From Histomonas meleagridis 2922-C6/04-290x (Eukaryota > Protista > Parabasalia): DNA of 64,000 nucleotides. Under the pieces are notes generated by a model. That model was not told where the DNA came from and searched no databases. It was given only the letters and a program-made list of their open reading frames with translations. The translations under genes were made by a program, and so were the position numbers. This document shows, piece by piece, positions 11,641 to 22,275 of the stretch (the stretch's first letter is position 1; each line of letters opens with the position of its first letter). The stretch is from assembly GCA_020184695.1 (NCBI GenBank), contig JAANOX010000171.1, forward strand, positions 1 to 64,000, written 5' to 3'.

Positions 11641-13029
11641 TTACTCTATTTCATACAATTGTCTAATGTATTCACCCGCATTCAGATATTCCATTTCGTG
11701 ATATTCTTCCGCTTGAATTCCATCTGATTTGAAAACGGTATCAAACCATTGATTGGTTTGATTTGAATCTGATATATCGAAAAGTGGCCCAATGACACTG
11801 CCCAAGTATTGTTGCGCACTGGAAAGCATCGGATCCTCTTCTGGAGGTTTTGGTTGGATATTCTGCATATTCTGTCTTTGGACAAATTTCAAATGATTTA
11901 AATTGATTTCGGCTCCGCACGTTGGGCATGTACAGGAACCACTATTGAAGAAATCCAATATGATATCCTTGACCAAGAACAAGCAATTTTTGCATTTTTC
12001 AGTTTTAGCAAACAAAGTATGTTCATTAAATTTTGTTCCTTGCTTGGACTTTGGTGTAATTTCGCGGATTATCAATGATATCTGTTTCTTTTCTACTAGT
12101 TGAATCACAAACCATGTCAAATAGTTGATTGCATTAATTGAAGGTTGAAAGCTAATTCGAATATTTGTATTTTTGCTTAAATCTGTTATAAGAACGAAGT
12201 ATTTTTCATTTGATCCGAAATTAGTAGTAAAGATTTCCTTTCCGTTTAAAATTATGGAATTGACTGGGGTCTGTTTGTTTATATATGGACAAATGAAACT
12301 TCCAATGCACATCAGATTTGGGTTGTAGAAAGGAGGATGATAATCAATACCACCAACACTAAATGGAACTAAGTGGTATGAAATGCTTCCAGCAACCACT
12401 TTTAAGCTATTAAATAATATGGGAACATATGGTTCTCTCAGTTTTTTAATTTCACTGGGCTTGGAATGAGTGAACAGGTAAAAAAGCTTTTGAATTTGGG
12501 GAGATGGAGTGCTAGGAAGAATCGTGGTGATAAAATATTTTTCTTTTTCAATTCGTGTTGGAGCAGTACAGCCAATAATTTGAAACAAAAAATCCGCAGT
12601 TTCATCATTTAGAGTGCTCAACAATTGAATAGCTTGAGCTTCATGATTTACTGGTGGATTTTGTGGAAAATCAATAATATTTGGTTGAGGCGGAGGTTGT
12701 GGAATATTAGGTGAAACAGTTGGAGTTTTTGGCATAGTATGATTATATCCCCTCTTTTTCCCTGTTGTTTGTTGTGAATACATTTGTAAAATTTGGTTTT
12801 GTTGGGATTTTGGAATTTTAGCAGTTCTTGTTCTTTGGTTTTGCACATACTTCATTTGCATAGGATGTTGTGGAGGAATCATTTGCTGTGGAAAGGTGGA
12901 AAGTGGATATCCTTGATTAATTGGATATGTTTGATTGTACATCATTTGTCTGTTTTGCAAAAATCCAGGTTGCTGGCCTTGAGGGATTTGATATTGGTAA
13001 GGAGGATCTGGAGGTATTTGCTTTTGCAT
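11641..13029 (-). CDS. Hypothetical protein with Q/P-rich N-terminus and a degenerate SP-RING/MIZ-like Cys cluster
   Basis: 462-aa ORF. C-terminal AKTEKCKNCLFL...GSCTCPTCG resembles the MIZ-finger layout. Confidence 0.55.
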   Translation of the reverse strand: MQKQIPPDPPYQYQIPQGQQPGFLQNRQMMYNQTYPINQGYPLSTFPQQMIPPQHPMQMKYVQNQRTRTAKIPKSQQNQILQMYSQQTTGKKRGYNHTMPKTPTVSPNIPQPPPQPNIIDFPQNPPVNHEAQAIQLLSTLNDETADFLFQIIGCTAPTRIEKEKYFITTILPSTPSPQIQKLFYLFTHSKPSEIKKLREPYVPILFNSLKVVAGSISYHLVPFSVGGIDYHPPFYNPNLMCIGSFICPYINKQTPVNSIILNGKEIFTTNFGSNEKYFVLITDLSKNTNIRISFQPSINAINYLTWFVIQLVEKKQISLIIREITPKSKQGTKFNEHTLFAKTEKCKNCLFLVKDIILDFFNSGSCTCPTCGAEINLNHLKFVQRQNMQNIQPKPPEEDPMLSSAQQYLGSVIGPLFDISDSNQTNQWFDTVFKSDGIQAEEYHEMEYLNAGEYIRQLYEIE

Positions 13030-13263
13030 CTAAAATTTTAGCTCCGAATTTATTCATAACCGTTTAGATGTGATGTGATGTGTGAATGCGGACAGACTTT
13101 GTTAAGTTTCGAAAATATCAAATATAAGGATTTTTTTGATTGTATTTTAATTTTAAACAGAATTACATTCTATGTTTTCAATATATTTTTATCCCATTCA
13201 CATTAAAAAATATTTTTATCAACCCAATCCAAAAACTCAGCATTTATAAAAGGCCATTATCGA

Positions 13264-13770
13264 TCATTCGATCATTTTCACTGCCTCATCTATTAAATCC
13301 AGCTTAGACAAATCAATTTGTTCATCCGTTACGAATTCTTGTTCCAAATTTGGATAATTACATTCACCGCAAATCGAGCAAAACATTTCATTCTTACTAT
13401 CACTACCCACATAACCTTCTCTAGTATGAAACATATGACCACACATGAATCCAACATAAGGTGGACCAGTGATATCATTTTTACATCTGTCACATTTCAT
13501 TGGCTTGAACTCGATATCAATTTCTTCAATACATTCTATTTCACCAGTTGTGTAAACATCCCAAAAAGTTTACAATGGAAATTAACGGATTCTTCGTTGA
13601 AACGTTTCAACGATAGCGGCAAGTGGTATTGCTTTTGATGAGTTTTCGATGAGCTTTTTAAGGAAGGGTTGCGGCGGGGAAGATTTCCATCCGGCTTTGC
13701 TTACAACAACAAACTTAAAGATTTCAAGCCAGTTTTTATTGTTGAGATCGGGGTTAGCTTTGCAGAATTA
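13264..13770 (-). pseudogene. Truncated relic of a Vps11/Vps18/Vps41-like C-terminal RING-H2 region
   Basis: KCDRC...GFMCGHMFH...FCSICG. The upstream in-frame coding-like sequence has two TAA stops (about 13570-13585) and fades into AT-rich DNA. Confidence 0.45.
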
Positions 13771-14012
13771 ATACAAATACAATTTCTTTATCACATTCAT
13801 TTGTTACTTCATATGTTTTATCATATAATAAATTAAAAATCATAATTACCTTTTATTAAAGAATAAAGTATAATATCATTAAGTATGTAATATACTTTAA
13901 AAATAATGCATTCTAAATGTTTGAAACCAATTTAAATGCATTCTATAAATTGAATGTGTAAAACAGTGTTATACAAATTAAATTAAAAAGAAAAGGAAAA
14001 AGGAAATATTTT

Positions 14013-15422
14013 TTAAATAGGTTTCTTAAAGTTCTTAAAGAATTTTCTCAGGACTTCTCTTACTTTGCTCTTTTTTCCGTTTGGTGTTTCAAATCGATGA
14101 TTAAATATTGATGGGCATTCCTCAAATGTATTTTCCTTCAAAATTTCCATTCTACCAAATCTTGTACTTTTATACGACTTTGTTACTATAACCTTTGATG
14201 CATTGATATTGATAAAGGAATCGATGCTAATAATTGGTTCTTTCTTTCCAAAATAATATATACATTTAAGTGATTTACAGCCAGCAAATGCTTTTGATTC
14301 AATTTCACTTACTCTTCTTCCAATAGACACCATTTTTAGGTTTATACAATAAGAAAATGCTCCATGTTCAATTTTTTTAACTAAGTTTGGAATATTAATT
14401 TCCGTTAAGTTAGTGCATCCTTTAAAAGCATTATAACAAATTTCAATTAAACCTTGGTTTAAATTCACTCTTTTAAGATTAACGCATTCAAGAAACGCAC
14501 CACTAAATATAAACCCAATGTTTGATGGAAATGTAAATTCATCAATATTTTTTCCTTCTGGAAAACGAATTATTTTATGAATTGCTTTATCATATAAAAT
14601 TCCATCATCATTATTATTAGAATAATATGAATTATTGGGGTTAACTTCTATACATTCCAATGACTTACACCCAACAAATGAATTAGAAATAATTTTCTCA
14701 ACTGAATCTCCAATAAATATCTTTTTCATTTTTTTGCAATTTTCAAATGCTAAATATCCTATTGATAGAATTGAATTTGGAATTTTAAGTTCCAATAAAT
14801 TTATGCATTCGGAAAAAACAAACCCCTTAATCGACTTAACATTTTCTCCAATAATAATCATATATAAATTTATGCAATTAGAGAATACTGAACTTCCAAT
14901 ATGATAAACTTTATTTGGAATTATTATCTTTTCAATTAATATGCAATATGAAAATGCACCTTTTTCAATTATTTTTAGATTTTCATTAAGATAAACATCT
15001 TTTAATGATAAACATGAACGAAAAGCTGTTATACCAATATCACTAAGTGCTTTTGGCAAATGTATTGATTTTAAGCAAATACACTTTGAAAATGAATTAT
15101 CTCCAATTGTTTTTATATTTGGACCGAATTCAATGACTTCCAAATTTTTACATCCATAAAATGCTCCATCATTAATAAATATTGTTGAATTCATAATTGT
15201 AACATTAACCAATGAAGCCCATAATTCAAATGCGAAATCACCAATTGTATCAACTCCTTCAGAAATAATAAGTTTATGTATACTATGATTCCGTAATACA
15301 TCTCCAAATTTGATAATTGGAATATTTGAAATAATTAGTTCATTACCTAAGAATTTCTGCAGAGACAGAATATGATTCATCAGTGCAAATAATATAAAAA
15401 TAATAGATAAGTTATTGATCAT
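14013..15422 (-). CDS. BspA-like (TpLRR) leucine-rich repeat protein with N-terminal signal-like segment
   Basis: About 14 repeats of the type LxxIxIPxxVxxIxxxAFxxCxx, hydrophobic N-terminus MINNLSIIFILFALM, no C-terminal TM. Confidence 0.9.
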   Translation of the reverse strand: MINNLSIIFILFALMNHILSLQKFLGNELIISNIPIIKFGDVLRNHSIHKLIISEGVDTIGDFAFELWASLVNVTIMNSTIFINDGAFYGCKNLEVIEFGPNIKTIGDNSFSKCICLKSIHLPKALSDIGITAFRSCLSLKDVYLNENLKIIEKGAFSYCILIEKIIIPNKVYHIGSSVFSNCINLYMIIIGENVKSIKGFVFSECINLLELKIPNSILSIGYLAFENCKKMKKIFIGDSVEKIISNSFVGCKSLECIEVNPNNSYYSNNNDDGILYDKAIHKIIRFPEGKNIDEFTFPSNIGFIFSGAFLECVNLKRVNLNQGLIEICYNAFKGCTNLTEINIPNLVKKIEHGAFSYCINLKMVSIGRRVSEIESKAFAGCKSLKCIYYFGKKEPIISIDSFININASKVIVTKSYKSTRFGRMEILKENTFEECPSIFNHRFETPNGKKSKVREVLRKFFKNFKKPI

Positions 15423-15935
15423 CAATAATAAAAATGATATATTTTATCACATAAATAATATGCATAATCTAATTTATTAAATTATAAGAAAAGTTTATAC
15501 AAAATCTACTTAGTGAAAATGTTTTTGATGAAAAAACCATTATATTTTCATTCTCTCAAAAATAATTTTAAAAAGTATTCACAAAAATGATGATACATCA
15601 AATTATAGGTTGTATACAAATTATTATAAATGAAAACAACTTAAAATTTTACTTTTAAATATTCAGATGCACCATATATCACAAAATAAAATTACTGAAA
15701 TAAAAATCCATATCCAATGACAAAATAAAAATGTGCCTACCTAGAATGCATATATATAATTGATTAAAAAAGAACAACAGAAATCAAAAAGAATTATTTT
15801 TATGACTTCCAAAAAATATTTTACTCTTGCTTCCACACATTGCACTTTTTAAGAAAGCAGTCTGAATAAAAATTGAATTGACCAGAGTAAAATGGCACTT
15901 TTATATAAAAGTTAAGGAGAAATTTACACAAAAAA

Positions 15936-17757
15936 ATGAACGAACGCATTCAAGAGATCGGTGAATATAGACTTGGACGTACTCTAGGTTCCGGAACAAC
16001 AGGAAAGGTAAAGCTCGCAGTTCATAAAGATACAAACGCACAATATGCCATCAAAATTATCAAAAAATCAATGTTTGCAGTAAAACCCGATCTTGAACGT
16101 AAAATACACAGAGAAATAGCACTTATGCGATTATTAGAACATCCACATCTCTTAAAATTATATGAAGTATTTGAGTCACCTCATCATCTTTATATCGTTA
16201 TAGAATATGCTTCTAACAGTGAACTGTTTGATTATCTTATCCAGCAAAAATTTCTTCCACAAGAAGAAGCTATGATGTTTTTCCGAGAAATAATATATGG
16301 ACTTGATTTTCTTCATTCACATGGAATTTGTCATAGAGACCTTAAGCCAGAGAATATCCTTCTTGACGAAAACATGCATATAAAAATTGCAGACTTTGGT
16401 TTTGCAAGATGGATGAGATCAAATATTGCAGAAACTTCTTGTGGATCACCACATTATGCAGCCCCAGAAGTAATATACGGACTTCCATATGATGGTCGAT
16501 GTGCTGACATATGGAGTTGTGGCGTAATTTTATATGCTCTCTTATCAGTATGTTTTTTATGCGGATTTCCTTCCATTGAATTATAATATGGGATTAGGTC
16601 AAGAATTTTTGCTGTTAAGCTGAGATGTTTGACGCAAACTTGGAAGAGATTGTTCTCTTGATTTCAAAGACAAAAATTTGTCAATACAAAAGTGCTTAAT
16701 TCAGTAGAAAGTAATCGTCTACTTTCAAAAATCAACACTTTTGAGATAAAGTGCAGAAACATCCACAGTTTTAACGTTCTTCTTACTTGGTTCCAATTTT
16801 TTATTCAATAATAGGAAATTCGCATTTATATTATTAACTAACACACAGGGTCGTTTGCCATTTGATGATGAATCAATTCGAAGTCTCATGAACAAAATCA
16901 AAAGTGGTCAATATAAGATGCCACCCTTTCAACCCGAAGTTCAAGATTTAATTTCCCGTATGCTATGTGTAGATGTTAAATCTCGTATTACCATTTCACA
17001 AATCAAGTCACATCCAGCATTTCTAATGGGTCTACCCAAAGGATATCAAGTACCAACACCATTACCAAATCCGACAGTATCCACACCAATTGAACTTACG
17101 CCAAACGACTTACCATTTATGCATTTATTACGATCCATTGGTTATAATTCCGATGATGAGATCATCGAAGAATTAACCTCAAATGAGTACACCAGTGCGA
17201 AAATGTTCTATCAAATGTATAACCACAACACTCTTCTTGATTCATTACCATGGTATGATGAATCAGATGGAACAATGATAGTTGGTCCATCCGAAATAGA
17301 ACAAGCATTAATGATGCCGCCGAGGCAATTTGCGGCCATTGGAAACATTTACGATCCATTCGCCAAGAAGAAAGTTCTTGTCGAATCGATTGGTAGTGTC
17401 CATACACCACAGTCATTTGTCCAAAGACCCGATTGGGACACAACTGCTCTTCCTAAGATGTCGACTGACATTGAACAAATGTTAATTGGCATCCAATTAC
17501 CTTTGGAAGAGTTAATGCTCTTCTTGCAAAAGCAACTGACATCGTGCAGAATCAAATGGTTCCACTTTAGTGACACAGAAATGGTCGCGAAAAGGCTGGA
17601 AACAGACATGTTGTTAACTCTGACGGCATCGTACGAATCGCCCGAAGTTTTGACATTGTGTGTGCTGTTGCTGCATGGACAGAAAGAAGAGTTCGAGGTG
17701 CTGATAAAGATGTTGGAAAGAGGACTCAACGAGGTGTTGAACGAGGCTATGATTTGA
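15936..17757 (+). CDS. CAMK-like (BRSK/Nim1-type) Ser/Thr kinase, join(15936..16547,16849..17757)
   Basis: GSGTTG, AIK, HRDLKPEN, DFG and GSPHYAAPE. Removing the intron restores YALLS|GRLPFDDE in frame. Confidence 0.92.
16548..16848 (+). other. Canonical parabasalid spliceosomal intron, 301 nt, phase 0
   Basis: 5' GTATGT and 3' ACTAACACACAG (branch point fused to the 3' splice site), the known Trichomonas intron signature. Splicing restores kinase subdomain IX-X. Confidence 0.95.
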
Positions 17758-18300
17758 TTAAAGAAATAAATGTAAACAAAAAGAAGCATTTGTCAACTTG
17801 TGCTCAGTTTAGATGTGTTTATTAGAACTTTTTTTGATAAAAATGTGATTTAATTATTGAAATTGTGAAGAAAAACAAATTGTTTCAAATAGCCAAGGTA
17901 CTTTTAGGTATTGTATCTCGTTCTTTTCTCTGTAGTGCGAATCTTAATGTTTGAATAAAGATTAATAATAATGATAATTTTCAATATTTTTCTTGTACTT
18001 TCCTCAAATAAATTGCGCCTCTCTTACAAGATGTAATTCGATAAATTATTGAAGGATGTTTTCAAGAAATGACTGTCTGGTTCCGAAACTTCGCGGTTTT
18101 CAGACAGTGGAAATTGTTTCAAAATTGTGAAAAAATTTTATATATTCAAAAATTGATACAATTATCCGATCTTTAATTGCGGTTTGATCGGGAAAATTTT
18201 TTTCTTAAATGTGAATCACATGTGATCCCCCAGAAAATAAATGACAATTTGCCGGTAAAATTTATCAAAAAGTTATTCACTCAAATCATTTCACTTTTTT

Positions 18301-21300
18301 ATGTCTCTCTTCGAAATTCAATTTAGAGCAAAAGCATTTCGAAATTGTTTCAATGGAGGAAGTGTGGGTCCTGCAAACGATCATATCAGGGTTCTTAGAG
18401 AACAAATGGATAAATATCGTGATAGTAATAAACCAAATTTTGAAGCTGCAGAATGGAAATTAGGAGAAGAAACACTTCGTTTTTATGAAGAAGTTAAAGA
18501 TCTTATGGATTTAATCGCACCATTCAAGTCATATACATCAGTGATTTCTTTTGTTAAAAGTGAAAGATTAGGGGAAAAAATGAAAAACGTCAAGGAAAGG
18601 TCCATACCAAACAGTTTTCTTCGCGACTATAAAGGGAGGTGTGAAAATGCTGTTGAAAAATGGAATCCAAATTTTGTCAAGCTTACTTCTGCTGACAATT
18701 ACAAAGAAACCATTGAAGCTCATGAAATCTGCGAACAATTTCTTGAACATTATGATGAATATGTAATGTATGATCAAGTTGAAGATTTTGCACGTAACAT
18801 CGGATCAACACTTGATAAGCAACTTAGAGAACTTGAAGACTGGACAAAACGTAATGCTCAAGTTCGAATCATGGATACTTGGGCAGATCTCAAATCAACA
18901 ATGGAGAAAATCACCAGTCATCCTCATTCTGACTTACTTCTTGAAAAGCCTCGCATCAAAGCTCTTTTACCCAAATACAAGTCATTTCATGAAACACTTG
19001 AAGGTGGTGCAATTGAAGATATGCAAGTTAATCAAGAAGCCCAAACAATGGTTCATTGGATCTCAGCTCCTTTAGATAAGTATCGCCTATATGTCAAGGC
19101 AAAACATAGTGATTGTGATTCGTTCCGTGATGTTGTTGCAGAACAAATTGAAAACATCCGTCAAAAGAATCCAAAAGTGCTTGAAACCCCAACGATCAAA
19201 ACCGTCATTGAAGAATTTGAGAAATTAAAAGAAGAACAATTCAACAATGATTTAATTATCTGGAAGACAAATAAAATATCATACTTCCAAAACAAGATGG
19301 AAGAATTTATTCGTGAATATCGTGATGCTCAATCAAATTCAGATACGTCATTTCTAATTGATGGAATTCTTAGAAATGGCGAAGAATTCATGGAAAAATA
19401 TGGTGGCAGATCAAAGATTTATTGGGAGAAGTATCCAGATATATTTTTAGATTTCGCAAATGATCCAGATACAGGATGTAAAGAACTTGTTGATGAATGG
19501 AATCAAATCATTGACTCACATAGTGGTTATGTTGATGAAGTTAACGAAAGAAAGAGAAGAGAGAAACTTAGTATAGAAGAAGCTGATGCAATTAGTGACC
19601 TTAAAAAAGCTATTGATGCATCAGTCGATATTCGTTCTGATATTGGATTCCCAAGAATCGAAAATGCATTAAGATATGCAAAAGAGAAAAATTATGAATT
19701 AGCTAGTGACGAACTTGATAACTTAATTAGGAAATGTGAAGATGAAGTTATACCAATTATAAGAGATAGAATTAGATACGTCGAAATGGAAAGAGAAATG
19801 AATGACGGATTCAATAGCATTAATCAATATATTTCGACTGGCAACATAGGCATGGCACGTGATTTGTTGGAAAAAGTAAGATATATTGTCGATGACATTT
19901 CATTCTTGAAAAACGAAGAAGCTAAAGACACTTATGAAATGGCTTCAAGTAAACTCCAAGATCTTGATGATAGGATCAGTGAAATAACGCATCAAAGCGA
20001 AGCACAAGTGAATGAATCACTTGAAAACTTAAAGTCCTCAATCCCATCAACAAGTTCACCTTCTCCAGAACCAACGCCAGCACCTACACCAGCACCAATG
20101 CCAACATCTACTCCAGCACCAGCACCTGCTCCACAACCTGCAGCAGCTCCAACTCCACAGCCAGAAACACCTCCTCCTGCAGCATCGTCACCACAACAAC
20201 CACAGCAACAAATTCCAGCCGCTTCAGTACAAGCTGCTGGCGAATCATGGAGGCCATGCACCGAATTCACATTGCCAAGAGAAGTTATGAACAGCTTGAG
20301 CAAGCAAGGGCAATGGGCAGTCAATGAGTGGCTGAAATATGTCAAAATCTTCAACAACATGGCAAACCAAGTTGATATATTCATTGATTCGATATATAAT
20401 AATCGTCTTAAATCTGAACTTAGTCCAAGTAATATTGTACAATGGAAACAAAGCATTGAAAGCAACAGGTATTACTTACCAAAAGAAATTCTTCCACGTA
20501 TTTCAGATGAAGAAACAAAAGAAATCTTAACAAAGGCAGGAGTTTATGATATTATGATTGAAGAGCTTAAGTTAAAATTCGGCCTTAGACTTAATCAATT
20601 ATTAAGTGATGCTCAAGATCTATATCAATATATGAGCGATTTCATGGATCGTGATAAGTACACAAAACTTATTAAGGTATTTCCAACTGTCATCAGTATA
20701 TTCACACAATATTTAAGAAACGTTGAAGATGTAATTAGATCATATGATATATTTGACGTACCACCAGTGCCTCATCTTGAGTCAGATATACGAAAAATGG
20801 CTACATCCACTCAACAAATTCTGAGGCAAGCAGGTTATAGTAATTCTGTTTATCGTTATACTGTTGATGAAACTTCAATTAATGGATTTAATGCTTATAA
20901 TTTCGCTTATGCTCTTGATCAAGTATTAAGTAACATTCGAAAAGATACAAGAAAGTTTTCAATGTTTCCAAAAATGAAGCCTTACTTCGATGATCTGCAT
21001 CAAAAAGTTGAAGAGTTACAAAAGCAAATCTTCAAAGTTTGGTTCGATGCATTTGAAAGATATGCGCCACTTAAACCAGAACGTGGTACATTAAATAGCT
21101 TATTATCATACACTCGTTTAATCAAAGGTTTCGAACCACAATATACTGAACGTGCATTAGCATTAGAGAAATTAATCAAAGAAAACGCAGCAGCAAATAA
21201 TGCTAAAATTGATCAATTGATTAAAGAATGGAATGAAGCACGTGAGAATGAGCATCAAGAAAGAGTTAAAGTTGTTATGGATCAAATCATTAAACCAATT

Positions 21301-21852
21301 GCATCAGGAGGTAAAGTTACAATTAATGGAAAAGAATTTACTTATGACTTATCTGGTAGAACAACAATTATCTTTAGAGCAGTTTCAGGACCTGACTTAT
21401 ATAAGGTCGAATTTAAAGATACAGCTGATGCTAAATGTGAGAAATGGGGATTCTTCTGCTCAAGTAACGCTGATGAAAATCATTATGCAACACGTTTATG
21501 TCCACTCGGATTTTACTCCATTTTCATCGATAAGAAGCCATTGATATTGGACAGACCACAAGATTGGGAAAAGGATATAATTTACCAAAGCGCCGACTTA
21601 GTCAATGAAGTTAAAGTCAATGTCGACGAAGTGAATTATAATAATGTACAAGACCCAAGTGGTAAACTTAATAAAGTAATTAGGGCATTGGTGTCTTTCC
21701 ATGAATCAAACAGAGATAAAATAATGAGAATGTCGGCAAACGCTTTGGATGCAAAGGAAAAGCGTGAATACGAAGAAAGACAAAACGAACAAAGGAGACA
21801 AGAACAACAAAGATTAATGGACTTCATCAAGTATGGAACCACATTCAATTAG
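18301..21852 (+). CDS. Hypothetical 1183-aa helical protein with a central Pro/Ala-rich hinge
   Basis: Long ORF with TCATT/TCACT Inr at 18286-18295. PEPTPAPTPAP...PPPAASSPQQ linker at about aa 580-645. No domain recognised. Confidence 0.8.
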   Translation: MSLFEIQFRAKAFRNCFNGGSVGPANDHIRVLREQMDKYRDSNKPNFEAAEWKLGEETLRFYEEVKDLMDLIAPFKSYTSVISFVKSERLGEKMKNVKERSIPNSFLRDYKGRCENAVEKWNPNFVKLTSADNYKETIEAHEICEQFLEHYDEYVMYDQVEDFARNIGSTLDKQLRELEDWTKRNAQVRIMDTWADLKSTMEKITSHPHSDLLLEKPRIKALLPKYKSFHETLEGGAIEDMQVNQEAQTMVHWISAPLDKYRLYVKAKHSDCDSFRDVVAEQIENIRQKNPKVLETPTIKTVIEEFEKLKEEQFNNDLIIWKTNKISYFQNKMEEFIREYRDAQSNSDTSFLIDGILRNGEEFMEKYGGRSKIYWEKYPDIFLDFANDPDTGCKELVDEWNQIIDSHSGYVDEVNERKRREKLSIEEADAISDLKKAIDASVDIRSDIGFPRIENALRYAKEKNYELASDELDNLIRKCEDEVIPIIRDRIRYVEMEREMNDGFNSINQYISTGNIGMARDLLEKVRYIVDDISFLKNEEAKDTYEMASSKLQDLDDRISEITHQSEAQVNESLENLKSSIPSTSSPSPEPTPAPTPAPMPTSTPAPAPAPQPAAAPTPQPETPPPAASSPQQPQQQIPAASVQAAGESWRPCTEFTLPREVMNSLSKQGQWAVNEWLKYVKIFNNMANQVDIFIDSIYNNRLKSELSPSNIVQWKQSIESNRYYLPKEILPRISDEETKEILTKAGVYDIMIEELKLKFGLRLNQLLSDAQDLYQYMSDFMDRDKYTKLIKVFPTVISIFTQYLRNVEDVIRSYDIFDVPPVPHLESDIRKMATSTQQILRQAGYSNSVYRYTVDETSINGFNAYNFAYALDQVLSNIRKDTRKFSMFPKMKPYFDDLHQKVEELQKQIFKVWFDAFERYAPLKPERGTLNSLLSYTRLIKGFEPQYTERALALEKLIKENAAANNAKIDQLIKEWNEARENEHQERVKVVMDQIIKPIASGGKVTINGKEFTYDLSGRTTIIFRAVSGPDLYKVEFKDTADAKCEKWGFFCSSNADENHYATRLCPLGFYSIFIDKKPLILDRPQDWEKDIIYQSADLVNEVKVNVDEVNYNNVQDPSGKLNKVIRALVSFHESNRDKIMRMSANALDAKEKREYEERQNEQRRQEQQRLMDFIKYGTTFN

Positions 21853-22275
21853 ACATTTAAATGTGTCCATAACTTAATAAAAAGTTGAGTTGATTCAAGA
21901 AAAATAAAATTCTTTGTGACTTTTAATTGTTATTAAAAACATAACAACTATAAATTTTAAGAGTTTTTACAATTAAAATATTATGAAGCTAAAAAGATAT
22001 TTATATTTTGTATAAAAAGTCTGCTTGTTAAATCGATTTTTTGAAAGCTTATTTTTCATTTTATTTTCCCGTATAGGACTTGATCTTGAGTTTAGGACTT
22101 ATTCAGAACATCTACTAAGGGAAAAAAATCAATAAATACGAACTGATTGCTGTGATTTCAAAATTGAAATATATATGATCAACTCATAGAAAGTTTCCGA
22201 TAGATAATTGAACACTTTACATATTTGGGAATTGAATTAGAACGATGTGTGATAGGAATAAACGTTTCTTAGAGG

